Assembly (NCBI RefSeq): GCF_009914755.1
Contig: NC_060930.1
Reading direction: 5' to 3' (one strand)
Origin: the human T2T-CHM13v2.0 reference genome, Homo sapiens
Length of the DNA stretch: 64,000 nucleotides
A model generated the notes under the pieces. It was not told where the DNA came from. It did no database searches and was given only the letters and a program-made list of their open reading frames with translations. A program made the position numbers and the translations under genes. Positions within the stretch are counted from its first letter, which is position 1. The number at the start of each line of letters is the position of its first letter. Below, piece by piece: positions 33,846 through 49,500 of this stretch.

Positions 33846-35559
33846 TTAGGGGAGAAAAAGTATCTCAGGAAAGTCTTTAAAACTTAAATAGAACTTTTTA
33901 ATTTCTACAAACTTTTAAAAATATTTTAGAGAGTGTGTTTTGCTACATTGCCCAGGCTGATCTCAAACTCCTGGGCTCAAGCAATCCTCCCATCTCAGCC
34001 TCTGGAATAGCTGGGATTACAGAGGCAAGCCGCTGCACTAGCTTAGTTTCTACAAACTTTTTAGACTGGTTTTCAAAGCCCTTGGAATGTATTTCAACTG
34101 ATTGGTCCAACCTCCTTACTCTTCTTTTAGAACCTTATGCTCTAACTAAATTGTATCTTTATCTGACCAAATCTTACCTCAATGATTTTTGAAAATTACT
34201 TTCTCTAAGATGCCTTTTTTGAGTCTTCCAAAATCATGTGATCTCTCACTACTTTGTCTACAGCACTTTTAGTTCTATTGAGATATATCATATCCTACGA
34301 TTTGTTACAGTCATTGTATATTTTTCTTATACAAAACAACAGAGATAATGCATATTAGACTGTATATTAATATGTATTGTATATTAAATGTATATTGATA
34401 TGTATATTAGATATGTATACTTACCTATTGAATAACACTGTCTTTAACAATCATTGTAGGTTACAACCAGGCACTCCCTAAGAACTTGGAATTAAGAGAA
34501 CAAATGTCTCCTGAGAACTAAGGGGCAAGATTAATGTATGTATAGTGGAAATGGGTGAGATGGGCAGTAATTGGAAGGGGAGAGGCTCCCAGTTCTCCCT
34601 TGCACAAGCTGCTCCCTCTGTCTGCAACCTCCATCCCCCTTAACCCCTTCAGGTCTCATGTCAGGGGTTGCATCTTGAGGGAAGCCTTCTCTGATCTCCC
34701 TGCTAGGTCAAATCCCCCATTATGACATCTAGACCTCTCCTTAGCACTTATCACATTATATTTAACATTGATATGTGCAATTAACTACTGTCTGCTTCCT
34801 TTACCAGACCATACGCTCCATGACTGAAGGAACTGGTACTGTTTTTATTTATCACTGTCATCTCAGTACCTAGCACAGTGCCTGGAATATAGTAGGTTCT
34901 AGAATTTCTGGAATGAATGAACGAATTAAAACAGAAAATGTATATCTAGAGGAGGAAGGGTTGGTGAGCCATCGAGGCAAAAAATTAAAAAAAGCAAAAG
35001 CAAAGCTTCCAAGCACTCTTAAAGAGAAAAATAAGCTAAACTGTACTCTCTATTGAATTCTACAATTATATTTCCCATTTATACTACTTACACACACATG
35101 CACACGCATTTATTTATTTAGCCCTTTCCCATCAGTAATTATTACACTTCTGCCCCTTGTCAAATCACTCCATTCCCGCACAGCAATGGTGGGCAGGGCC
35201 TCCTTTTGCTTTTACTCATCTTTGTTTCCCCAGGAGTTTCTAATTTCCCTTAAATGATGTGTATCAGGATGGTTGCTCTGGACTTCCCACGACCCTCAAC
35301 TCTTCTAAGAAAATGTGGCTTTGAATTCCCCATACAAAAATTATGTATTTTCCCCCGAAGAGTTATGTTTGTATGTGTAGAGCGCCCCCAAAGAGATAAA
35401 TCTTGGCTTCAGCGAGTCACATTCCTGCCTTGTGGTTTCCATTTTCAGTCTGTCTGTGTCACAGCCCCGGACAGAAGCCACTGAGGGGAGAGGTGGACCT
35501 CCTCAATCTCCTGCTTCCTCAGTAAGAGTTTTCCTCTGGACAGTACTTAGGCATTTTCT

Positions 35560-35900
35560 CAGGCTCCCCGCCAGAGAGCGCCGCCAGGTCCTCGGAACCA
35601 CCTCGCGCACTTTAGCTGGGCGCGCGACCCGCGCAACCAGTGAGAACCCCGCTCCCGCCCTAGGCTTTCTGTGGTGGAAAAAGCGCGCGCGCGGACGAGC
35701 AGGTTAGGCGATAGAGGTCACGTGGGCCAGCTGTGGCCAATGGGGAGCGCACATGGCGACGCGGCCGGCGGCGGCGCGCGCGTAGCTCGCCTCGGGCTCC
35801 TGGCGGGAGCGGGAGTTAGGGAGGCCGGGTTCCCGAATTACACACACCAGCGTTATTTATTCTATCAGTCTTTGGTTACTCTATCTGGCGTTCTCGACGC
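35560..35900. promoter_or_regulatory. Intragenic CpG island with promoter motifs (PXT1 intron 3)
   Basis: CpG-rich. GC box ccccgctcccgccc, (GC)5 run at ~35682, GGTCACGTGG (35716-35725), CCAAT (35737-35741), ACATGGCG (35751-35758). Confidence 0.8.
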
Positions 35901-37840
35901 CGTAATAACAAGTTCGTGCCCCCTCACACCGCCCCCTCATTCCGCACATCCCTCATTTCTTCAGTGGTATCATAAAGATGAAGGGGAGAAACGCGCTGCT
36001 GCCTGAACAGAAAGGCAACCCAGGTGTCCTGGGCCAGAAGTGGGAGGACATGGGAGACAGCACTTTATTGGAAGATCCCTGGTTTCTAATTGTTTGGCAG
36101 GCGTTGAAAGCACATTGGTGGCCCACCAGACTACCAGTCACTAATGAGATTTGACATATAACTCGCGTATGGTAAAACGGGAGTTCTAGGCATGAAAACA
36201 AGCATGTACGTTAGCTAGTGGGTTGTTAACTCTAAATCAAGGGCAGCAGCGTTAGTAACTTCACCTGCCTCTTCTTTTGAAGTGAAACTGTAATTAGGAA
36301 AGCATTTGAGGCAAAAGTAGCAACGCCCACAGAACGCCTCGGAAGACAGCGATCAGCTTCACAAGGAATCTGAGGATCAGGAGGTAGAGTGTGAAAACAT
36401 ACTGGAAAGAGTTTACAATAAAACATAAAATCTTAGAATAGTGGCGACGATTGCACAACGTTGTGAGTATACTAAAACCCTCTGTCCGTACACTTTAAAA
36501 GGGTGAACTTTATGTTAAGTGAATTACGTCTCTTAAAAAAAATTACAAGTTCCTAGAAGGTGTTCATAGGTGACACAATCTCAGACTTTGGGGAATAATT
36601 GTTGTTGACAACGGAATTAACAAATGAAGATTCAGGCGGAGCGCGGTGGCTCACGCCTGTAATCCCAGCACTTTGGGAGACCGAGGCGGGCAGATCACGA
36701 GGTCAGGAGATCAAGACCATCCTGGCTAACACGGTGAAACCCCGTCTCTACTAAAAATACAAAAATGAGCCGGGCGTGGTGGCGGGCGCCTGTAGTCCCA
36801 GCTACTCGGGAGGCTGAGGCAGGAGAATGGCGTGAACCTGGGAGGCGGAGCTACAGTGAGCCGAGATCGCGCCACTGCACTCCAGCCTGGGTGACAGTGC
36901 GAGACTCCGTCTCAAAAAAACAAAAACAAATACAAAAACAGATGAAGATTCAAAATTTCAGTCAATTCAGTGCTTTCTAAAAAATGGATACCAGGCCGGT
37001 CGCGGTGGCTCACACCTGTAATCCCAGTACTTTGGGAGGCCGAGGCGGGCGGATGACTTGAGGTCAGGAGTCCAGCCTGGCCAACACGGTGAAACCCCCG
37101 GCTCTACTAAAAATACAAAAATTAGCCGGGCATGCAGTGAACCGAGACTGTACCACTGCACTCCAACCTGGGCGACAAAGTGAGACTCTATCTCAAAAAA
37201 AAAATCTGGTGTGGTGGCAAGCAACTATCAGGATGCTTGAAATTTCCCTTTCTCAAGTGGCATGTAATTCTTTTAAAATTAGATATTAGGTTGAAGTTAA
37301 TGTTCATAATCCCTCTCAGGTATCTAGCATATTTTTTATCTAAAAGCCTAAAACCTCATAAATTTACCTAACACTGTCCTTTAATGCTCTTCAAAACATA
37401 AAACTTTAATTTTCCAGCATTCTGGGGCATTTAGGAATCACACATTTTTGCAAAGCAAAATTCCAAATGTATCTTTCCTTCATGTTCTCTCCTCTAGTGG
37501 CAAAATCGAGAAGAAATCTAATCTGAATGTTCCCTACCTTAACAATACTGACACTGTCAGGTCCAATTTAAAGACTAATTTTTATTAAAAGATAAATTTG
37601 ATCTATTTTAGCCCATTTGGGATTACCTTAATTGGTCGTCACAGCAATGATTCAGGGCTAATGGAAACTAAAGAGATTTAGTACCATGAAGCAAAGTCAC
37701 TTTTAGATTTTTGCCACCTAAGAACTGGGATGAATAGATTTTCTTATAGTTCATATTTAAATAATATATTTAATGTGGGTTGGGCACGGTGGCTCACGCC
37801 TGTAAATCTAGCACTTTGGGAGGCCTATGAGGGGGGATCA

Positions 37841-38160
<320 letters not shown>

Positions 38161-38188
38161 TTATCTTAGTTTAATCCAAATATCTTAC

Positions 38189-38357
38189 CTGGGTTCCTTG
38201 ACATGGCTGGAACTGGCTGGGAGCTGACAAGTTGGGTCATGTATGCCTTCTGAAAACTGTATTTTAACCACAGTGATTTGCAACAATGTGTTACTTTGGG
38301 AGATGGATTGAGAACTTCTTTAGTTTCATAAACAATGCCATCATGTTTTTTCTTCAT
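38189..38357 (-). CDS. PXT1: PXT1 first coding exon (MKKKHDGIVYETKEVLNPSPKVTHCCKSLWLKYSFQKAYMTQLVSSQPVPAMSRNP); exon spans 38189-38366
   Basis: Acceptor ttttcaacAG (38367-38368), ATG at 38357, donor GTAAGA at 38188. 169+131+105 = 405 nt = 134 aa + stop. Confidence 0.93.
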
Positions 38358-38629
38358 GTTTTTTCCCTGTTGAAAAACATATTTTCAGAGGCTTTCCCCC
38401 ATTTCTCAGTAAATATTTGGTATTTTAGATAAATATTAATGTTTTAACAATATCAGCAGCATTTATTCCACATATAAGAGAGTTATGGATTGGGGTAGAA
38501 GGTGGACCAGAGTGATCCCTAAGGTCTTTTTCGATTTAGTTAAACATCTTTCTAGGCTGCCGCATCCTTATCACCTATTACACCGGCCTGCATCCTTATC
38601 TCCCATTAGTCTTTCTTCTCTCTCTCTCG

Positions 38630-38663
<34 letters not shown>

Positions 38664-39304
38664 AGACGAAGTTTTGCTCTTGTTGCCCAGGCTGGAGTGC
38701 CATGGCCCCATCTCGGCTCACCACAACCTCTGCCTTCTGGGTTCAAGCAATTATCCTGCCTCAGCCTCCTGAGTAGCTGGGATCACAGGCATGCGCCACC
38801 ACGCCTGGCTAATTTTGTATTTTTAGTAGAAACAGGGTTTCACCATGTCGGCCAGGCTGGTCTCAAACTCCTGACCTCAGGTGATCCGCCTGCCTCAGCC
38901 TCCCAAAGTGTTGGGATTACAGGCGTGAGCCACAGCACCTGGCCTCTTCTCTTTTCAAGAGCCACATTCCATCAGGGGAAGTGTGTAAATTGGTACACTG
39001 AGAAAAAGAGAGACAAATGGGTATAGCCAAAATAAAGTAGATCAAAACCTAGAGAGGCGGAGAGGGGTGGAGATGGAATACAACACACTCTTTGTCCTAT
39101 TTCCTCATGTGTGTGTGTGTTTCCTCCCCAAAACAATTCTCATAGTCCTCTTTGATCCTTCATACACACACATTCTGTCTCTGCAGACACTAATATGAAG
39201 ATTACTCTTCCGCCCCCTTTCCCTTTTCCCCTCCAATATTGTAGAATCAATCCAAATGAGATGAAGAATTGCATTAGGACTTTTTTTTTCTTTTTTTTTT
39301 TTGA

Positions 39305-39496
<192 letters not shown>

Positions 39497-42101
39497 TAAA
39501 CTGCTGACCTCGTGATCTGCCCTCCTCAGCCTCCCAAAGTGCTGGGATTACAGGTGTGAGCCACCATGCCCGGCCGCATTATGACTTGTTGTCTTCCTGG
39601 GCATTTAATTCTTTTGACTTGAAGGGTGGCCACAGAGTTCAAAACTTTCTGTTCTACCTCCTAAATCTACCTTCTATTCTAACTTCTAAATCTAAGTTAC
39701 TGGAAAGGGAAAGAATGGCTAAGACCACAATGAGCTGCTAAGATAATAGAGGTGGACTTCAGGAGCCTTACATCAGTGCTGTCTAATAAAAATAAGTGAA
39801 CCACATATATGATTTTAAGTTTTCTAGTAGCTACATTTAATAAGTAAAAAGAAATGAGTAAAATTAATTTTAATGATATATTTTATTTAATCTAATATAT
39901 CCCCAAATAAATCTAAATATTGTCATTTCAACATGTAATCAATATAAAAAATTATTAATGAAATATTTTACATTCTTATTAATTTAAGTCAAGTCTTCAA
40001 AATCTGGTATGCATTTTGCACTTACAGCACATCTCAATTCAGACTAGGCATATTTTGGGTGCTCAGTAGCCACATGCAGCCAGTGGCCACTGTACTGTAC
40101 TTTACTGGACGGCCAGCCATACAAACCAAGGGGAGAAAGATTGTCAAATAGAATTGTGACTCATCGTTTTTCAAATGTACCATATTTTCCAGTGTAGACT
40201 GCTACCTCAATGTATTGCTTAAGTTTGTAATTCAGGCCAGACTGGGGGATAGGGAGCTGAGAAATGAGGTGTTGTGGGTTTCTGGGCATTTTTAGTGCCT
40301 TGGGCAGCCTGGCATTTTAACTGGACTCATTAGGCAAACTTCTGACCCTAATTTGATTTGTCAGGTAAGACATGCTGTTCAGCTCATGTGTCAGAGCCAG
40401 ATCAGCCCTGGATGAACTGATAAAAGTACTAAAATTCCTGGCCGGGCGCGGTGGCTGACGCCTGTAATTCAGCACTTTGAGAGGCTGAGGCGGGCGGATC
40501 ATGAGGTCAGAAGATCAAGACCATCCTGGCTAACACGGTGAAACCCTGTCTCTACTAAAAATTCAAAAAATTAGCCAGGCGTGATGGCACGCACCTGTAG
40601 TCCCAGCTACTCGGGAGGCTGAGGCAGGAGACTGGCTTGAACCCTAGAGGTGGAGGTTGCACTGAGCCGAGATCGCGACAGAGCGAGACTGAAAAAAAAG
40701 ACAACTATTCCTAAATGAGCAAAGTTGATAATCAAGATGTAGCTACCAGGCGAGTTTCTTACCTGAAAGAGCTGGCCGGCTGACAGCTTTACCCATTAGC
40801 CCATTGTGAAACTGTCATTTTGTACTAGTCATTCATGTGACATTGCTAGACAACTGAGAATAAAATATCTAACCACAGCCTTTTAAATTAAACTATCAAG
40901 AATGTTGGATTTTATTTTTCCCAAGTAGGTTTTTATTATAATTTCCCCCAAACAATACTGCAGGATGTTAATAGGTATTCATTGAAAATAATTAATGCTA
41001 ATTATATTTTTCATCTAAAACTTTTTTTTTTTTTGAGACGGAGTCTCTCGCTCTATCACCCAGGCTGTAGTGCAGTGGTGCCACCAAGCCCAGCTAATTT
41101 CTGTATTTTTAGTAGAGACGGGGTTTCACCAAGTTGTCCAGGCTGGTCTCGGACTCCCAACCTCAGGTGATCCATCCACCTCGGCCTCCCAAAGTATTGG
41201 GATTACACGCATGAGCCACCGCGCACAGCCTAAAACTTATTTTAAAATATATGTCAGGACCAGAAGTGGTGTGGCTTATGCCTGGAATCCCAGTACTTTG
41301 GGAGGCTGAAGTGGGCTGATCACTTGAGCTCAGGAGTTTGAGAACAGCCTGGGCAACATGGTGAAATCTGGTCTCTACAAAAAAATACACAAATTAGCCT
41401 AGTGGTTGCGCACACCTGTAATCCCAGCTACTCAGGAAGCTGAGGTGGGAGAATCACTTGAGTCCAGAAAATTGAGGCTGCAATGAGCCATGTTTACACC
41501 ACTGCATTCCAGCCTGGGGTACAAAGTGAGAGTGAGACCCTGTCTCAAAAAAAAAAAAAAGAAAAAAAAGAAAAAGAAAAAATTTATGCATATATATGTA
41601 TACATATGCCAGAAAAACACTATGCTCTTTTATGTAACCGTTCGTATAACTGGATAATTACCAGGCCGGACGCAGTGGCTCACCCTTGTAAACCCAGCAC
41701 TTTGGGAGGCAGAGGCGGGTGGATCAATTGAGGTCAGGAGTCCTAGACCAGCCTAGCCAACATGGTGAAACCCCGTCTCTACTAAAAATACAAAAACTAG
41801 CTGGGCGTGGTGGTGCATGCCTGTAATCTCAGCTACTCAGGAGGCTGAGGCAGGAGAATAGCTTGAGCCTGAGAGGCAGAGGTTGCAGTGAGCCAAGACG
41901 GCACCACTGCACTCCAATCTGGGCAACAGAGTGAGACCCTGTCTCAAAAAAAAAAAAAAATTGCATAATTACCCTTAAGAAATGTTGGCCCTACCTGAAA
42001 ATATTATATAACCAGGAAATCTCAGAATTCATGAAAGCATGAGAATATATCTGCAGATGCTTCAGCAACCATTTAGTTGATGTATGTTGTCTATTTAATA
42101 A

Positions 42102-42527
<426 letters not shown>

Positions 42528-42962
42528 TAATTTATTTCTTTGTGGGTTGTTCTGATATAAAGCTTAAAATACATTAGAAGTAAAGCTTTTGGCCAGGCAC
42601 AGTGGCTCGCGCCTGTAATCCCAGCACTTTGGGAGGCCCAGATAGGTGGATAGGTGGATCACTTGAGATCAGGAGCTCGAGAGTAGCCTGGCCAACATGG
42701 CAAAACCTTGTCTCTACTAAAAGTACAAAACTTGGCCAGGCGTAGTGGCGCATGACTGTAGTCCCAGCTACTTGGGAGGCTGAGGCAGGAAAATTGCCTG
42801 AACCCGGGAAGCAGAGGTTGCAGTGGGGTGAGATCGCACCAGTGTACTACAGCTTGGGTGACAGAGCGACACTCCATCTCAAAAAAAAAAAAAGTAAATC
42901 TCTTATCATTTCTTCTGTCCATTAATTATTAATTCATCTATGGGTTCACATTTTGCTGTCTA

Positions 42963-43419
42963 TGTGTTGTAGGTTAAATAACAGCTTCACAAAATGTCCA
43001 CATCCTAATTCCCAGAACCTGTGAATATGTTACCCTACCAGGCAGAATGGACTCTGTAGATGTAATTATATTAAAGCTCTTGAGATGAAGAGATTATCCT
43101 GGATTAGCTAGGCCCAACCTAATCATATAATCCTTAGAGAGGGAGGCAAGAGGGCCAGATTCACAGAAAGAAATGTGACAATGGAAGCAGAGGTCAGAAT
43201 GACATGAGAAGAATCTATCTATAACCCAAGGAATGCAGGCAGCCTCTAGAAGCCGAAAAAGATAAGGAGATGGATTCTCTCCTAGAGCCTCCAGATGGAA
43301 TGCAACCCTGCCAACTCATTTTAGACTTCTGACCCCTAGAACTGTAAGATAAATTTGTATTGTATTAAGCCACTAAGTTTGTGGTCATTTGTTACAGCAA
43401 CAGTAGAAAACTTATATAC
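42963..43419 (+). mobile_element. MLT1 (MLT1D-like) MaLR solo LTR
   Basis: aatgtccacatcctaattcccagaacctgtgaatatgttacc ... aagccactaagtttgtggtcatttgttacagca. Confidence 0.8.
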
Positions 43420-43480
43420 TACGTTAATCTGAGTGCATAATATTGTTAGTAAATTGTCGTTTTATTTAATTTTTTTTTAA

Positions 43481-43612
<132 letters not shown>

Positions 43613-44106
43613 TGAGTGGCTGGGATTACAGGAGCTCACCACCACGCCCAGCTAATTTTTGTATTTCTTACTAGAGATAGGGTTTCACCATGTTGGCCAG
43701 GCTGGTATCAAACTCCTGACCTCAAGTGATACACCCCCCTCGGCCTCCCAAAGTGCTGGGATTACAGGCGTGAGCCACCATGCCTGGCCGTAAATTGTCA
43801 TTTTAAAAGTGTTCATTGTAAGATAAATTTGGAAATGTAATTATGGAAAAACTATACTATAAAATGGGCTCTTGTCCATAGCAATAAACAGATGATCATA
43901 ATAACTAGGAATGCTGAACTCTAAATAATTACTTATTAGTGATGGCAACTGTAAATTAAGCTACAAATCTTTACAGCAAGCAATGTATGTTGGTTGACAA
44001 TGAAAAATATTGATCTCTTACTGAATGCCAGGCACTGCTCTGGACCCTGGGGATATAGCAGTGAACAAGACACACATTGTTCCTTTTCTTGCAGAGCTAC
44101 AGTCTA

Positions 44107-44331
<225 letters not shown>

Positions 44332-44638
44332 TCAGAAGGCTGAGGTGGAAGGATCACTTGAGTCTGGGAGGCAGAGGTTGTAGTGAGCCAGATTGGGCTA
44401 CTGCACTCCAGCCTGGGCAATAGAGTGAGACCCTGCCTAAAAAATATATATCTATCTATCTAAACCAGGCGTGGTGGCTTATGCCTGTAATCCTAGCACT
44501 TTGGGAGGCCGAGGTGAGGATATCGTTTGAGGTCAGGAGTTTGAGACCAGCCTGGCTAACATGGTGAAACCCCGTCTCCACTAAAAATACAAAAATTAGC
44601 CGGGCATGGTGGTGGGCATCTGTAATCCCAGATACTCA

Positions 44639-44749
<111 letters not shown>

Positions 44750-46499
44750 TTAAAATATTTTTTAAAAAGTATATACAGGTAGATAGATAGATATAATATA
44801 TCATGAGGGGTGGACCTAACCTAGTCTAGATGGTCAGGAAGGACTCATCTAGGAATGATGTTTAAGTTAGGACCTAAAATTTGACTTGGAATTAGCCTGG
44901 AGGGAGGATGAGCGAGGGAAAAAGAATGTCCAGGAGAGCTGAACACCAAATGCAAAAGCCCAAAGGTAGTAAAGAATTCAAGGCATGTAAAGAACTAAAA
45001 ATAAAAACAGAACTTTCAATTCAAAATAGCTGAGATCTTCCCCATGCCACTCTCAAAAATAACAATTGGGGGGAAATACACAGAAACACTCATTTCATTT
45101 TTCTTGAACTGAGACTCACCTCAAACCACAATGCCTGAAAATAGAAAATGGATAGAGGCTATTAAAGGACTTAGCAGATCCAAGGAAGGTCAAGCCTAAG
45201 TGCTTAGAGAAGAAGAAAACAAGGAGAAGCAAGGCACGTCTCCCTGAGGAGCCCTGGAAAGACTCAGGTATCAGAAGCAGTGACGTGCAGAGGGAAGTTA
45301 AAGGAAGGGAGATAGATGGGAGAAATGTAGTGCTTCAAAAAGGACACTTGTTTGAAAATCTGTTTAAGAAGTAGTCAGGTCTCCCAGAGCCCCACCCTAT
45401 CTAATGTAATCAAGCTATACTTTTACTTCCATAGGAAATGGGAAATGCCACCTCTGGAGAAAGTAAACTAAAGGAGTTACAGATAGGGGGACACTTGGCA
45501 TAGATCAGAGTGAGAGTCAGACATATTACTGAAAAGAAAACACCCAGGCCTCTTCTCCTGCATAGATGTAGAACTTCATAACCAGGTTCTACTCTCTAGC
45601 AGGAAAAAAAAAAAAAGGTACTTCTTAGGGGAAAAAACCTGACATATTGGTGGCTCCCATAGAAAAAGCCTCCAGTGAATTCTTTCAATTGATAAGACTC
45701 AAGCATATACTTAGAATTTCCAATTAGCTTTTAGGACTTTATTCTTAAAATATAAATGTACAAAAATCATCGGATACTAGAGGAAAATCTGTAACATAAA
45801 AAAAATTCTAAACCTCAAGCATGGAGGAATCAGGGGGGAAAAGAATCACAGAAAACTGAGACAATGCAGGGAGCATAAAAATACTTCAAAGAAATTATAT
45901 CATCAGAGAAATATGATATCCATGAAACAAGAACAGGATGCTAAAAGAAGAAACACTATAAGAATAAACAAGAGCAGCTGGAAATTACAAATACTATAAT
46001 TAGAAATCTGTAAAAAATATATACATTGTGAAAGATAAAGACAAAAAAAGTGCTCCAAAAGAGAATGACCTTGGAGATTGTTATAATTCAGGAAAAGTCA
46101 TGAGAAGATTCTACAAGAAAACTGCTCTGATGTCCTTAAGAAATCAGTGTCATGGGGGAACAAAATGGTAGGCAGATGGGGAAGGGCATTGCTCTACATG
46201 AAAAGAGGCTAGGCCGGGCACGGTGGTTCACGCCTGTAATCCCAGCATTTTGGGAGGCCGAGGCGGGTGGATCACGAGGTCAGCAGATCGAGACCATCCT
46301 GGCTAACATGATGAAACCTGTCTCTACCAAAAAATACAAAAAAAAAAAATTAGCCAGGCGTGGTGGCAGGCACCTGTAGTCTCAGCTTCTCGGGAGGCTG
46401 AGGCAGGAGAATGGCATGAACCTGGGAGGCAGAGATTGCGGTGAGCTCTGCACTCCACTGCACTCCAGCCTGGGTGACAGAACAAGACTCTGTCTCAGG

Positions 46500-46530
<31 letters not shown>

Positions 46531-49500
46531 GAGGCTAAAGAGATAAGAAAGCCAAATGCAATTCTGAAGTGAGATGTCATATTGTCCGCCACTTACTTTC
46601 AAATAGTTCAGCAAAATAGATAAATATAAAAATAAAGAAAATATGAGAAAATGTTAACAACTGTTTAATCTATTATAAGTAGTGGATATACTAGTGTTGG
46701 CTGTATTTGTCTTAAACTTCCTTTATATTTGAAATTTTTCATAATAAATAGCCATAGAAATAAAGCAAATATTGGGAGCTCACTGCAGTGAGCTATGATC
46801 ATGCCAGTGCACTCCAGCCTGGTTGACAGAGTAAGACCCTGTCTCTAAAAAAAAAGAAAAAGAAAAAGAAAAGAAACAAAGAAATGCAAAAAAACATCCC
46901 AGAACAAAAGGACATATGTCTCCAGGATGAAAAGGCCCAGCATGACGAATGGAAAAGACCTAAACCAATATATACACACACATCTTGGAATGTACACACA
47001 CAGCAAAATGTTGGTGATTATTGCATCTAAGTAATGGGTATACTTGTTGAAATACTATACCCTCAACTTTTTATGTTTGAAATTTTTCATAATAAAAAAG
47101 TCAGGAGAGATCTAAAATTTAATAAAATTTTATGTTAATGTCTCTAAGAATTGTGGCCTATTTTGAAAAGCAATAAATAAATTAGTTGAATCCAACCAAA
47201 TGAGGTAGCCATTATAGGTTCCAATCGTAATGGAACATTAATGACATAACTGAAATTCTCCTTAGTTTTGATGAAATAGTTGGGTGTATAAAGGCCAAAT
47301 AAAATCAAATCTATACTTGTAATTTCCAAGAGAAGTTCGTTTATAAGAGAATCAATAATCATGCATATTTATAACATTATCAGGTCTACAATAGATGCTT
47401 AAGTACTTGAGAAGGTTTGTCAGTCAGACAATTCAGGTATATAAAGAAGAAATAAAATATTTGAAATGTCTGTGGTTTGAAAAGATTTGTCTTTAGTTAA
47501 GTGGCAAAAGCCCCTTTTCAATTGATTGCTAAAATTTGCTAGCCTTTTAACTAAAACAATAAAATGTATCAGCTGAAATGTTATAATTTTCTCTTTATGC
47601 CTCTTTTAACAGCTTAGGGAGATTAACTTTTCTGAAAGGTACTTTTATGTGATTGAAAATCACCCTTGAAGGTAATGAAAAACTCAATTGTCACAGAAGA
47701 CAAATATGGACAATAAAAAAGATAAATTAGAGTATCTAGAAGTTACAATATCTGAATAATAAGAATTCCAGAAAAAAAAAAGAAAAAAGAAAAATTAGCA
47801 AAAGCTTTAGAGAAGAAATTATCAAAGAAACAAATGTGGCCAGGTGTGATGGCTCATGTCTTTAATCCCAGCATTTGGGAGGCTGAGGAGGGAAGATTGC
47901 TTCAGCCCAGAAGTTGGAGAACCCCATCTCTACAAAAAATTTTAAAAATTAACCAGGCCAGGTGCAATGGCTTACGCCTGTAATGCCAGCACTTCGAGAG
48001 GTCAAGGCAGGAGGATCGCTTGAGCCCAGAAGTTCAAGACCAGCCTGGCCAAGATAGGTAGACCCCCATCTCTACAAAAATTTTTTTTTTTTAATTAGCT
48101 GGACATGGTGCTCTGCTCCTGTAGTCCAGCTACTCAGGAGGCTGAGGCAGGAGGATACTTGAGCCCAGGAGTTCCAGGCCGCAGTGAGCTATGACCATGC
48201 CACTGCACTCTAGCCTGGGTGACAGAGTAAGACCCTGTCCCTAAGAAAAGAAAAGAAACAAACAAATGCAAGAAAACATCGCAGAACAAAAGAACAAAAT
48301 ATGTCTCCAGGATGAAAAGGCCCAGAACAACAAATGGAAAAGACCTAAACCAATATACACACACACATCTTGGAATTCATCAATGATAAACAGTAGATCC
48401 TAAAATCTTCCAGATTGAAAAAAATCAATTAAGAACAAACTTGATGGCACTATTGGAAGTTAGAAGACAGCAGAGCTTTCAAAATCCTGAGAGAAAATGT
48501 TTTCCAATCTAGACTGTACACCTACTCACACTAACAAACAAGTAAGACTAGAATAAACCCCCTTTTCCTGCAACATCTCAAAAAATTAACCTCCCTTGCA
48601 TCAGGAAGCTAGTGGAGAAGGGAAGGGCTCTACCAAAAGAAAGGAGTAAGTCAACAGAGATGAAAGCAGGGATCCTGGAAAACAAGACTGTGCCATAAAC
48701 TTTTTCAAAAAATAAACTGCTTAACAATGATTGGTTTTTAAATGATGTGCCTGGATTCATTTAATAAAAATTAATTAAAAAAAAAAGTAAGCCAAAAAAA
48801 AAAAAAAAAAAGCCAGCATGATTGCAGAGTACTGAGTAAGTGGCACAAAATAAGAAAAGATACATAGGCAGGGGCCAAATCCTGCAGGGCTTTAGATTTT
48901 GTCCTAAAAAAAAAGTGAGAAACTCTTTAAGGAATTTAAACATAGGGATGACCTGATGGGATTTCTGTTTTAAAAGATCACTTTGGCTACTGGATGGAGG
49001 TGGTTTGGAAGCAGGCAAGAGACCACTGTAGTAATTCAATAATCCACTAGGACAGAAGCACTGGAGATGGAAAGGAGATAAATTTGAGATTTAGGAACTA
49101 GAATTGATTGATTAGAAAATGGGATGATAAGTAGAAAATAATCATGGATAATGCCAGGGTTTTGATGATTCCTTAAGTAAGTGGGTCATAGTGGCAGTTA
49201 CTAAACCAGAGAGCACCAGCACGGAATTAACATTTTGCCTTGTTTGGTACTGGGTTGTATCTGGGGGAGGGATGCAATGGCAGGAAATGATGAGTTCAAT
49301 TTTGGATATACTTAGTGTTTGAGGTATGTGAAAGTCATTCAAGTAAAGATGTTAAGTGGGCATTTGCCAATATGAATTTGGAGCTCAGAAGAGAGGTCAG
49401 GACTGGAAAAACAAATGTGAATCATTATCATAAGGAATATGAAAAATGCCATGTAAGTAAAAGGAACTCTCTTGTGTCCATTGGGAAATATTTATTAAAT

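Noticed and set aside
46640-47100. Two similar tttgaaatttttcataataaa-ending segments
   Set aside because: Both look like ordinary L1ME 3' ends, and they are too diverged to call a local duplication.
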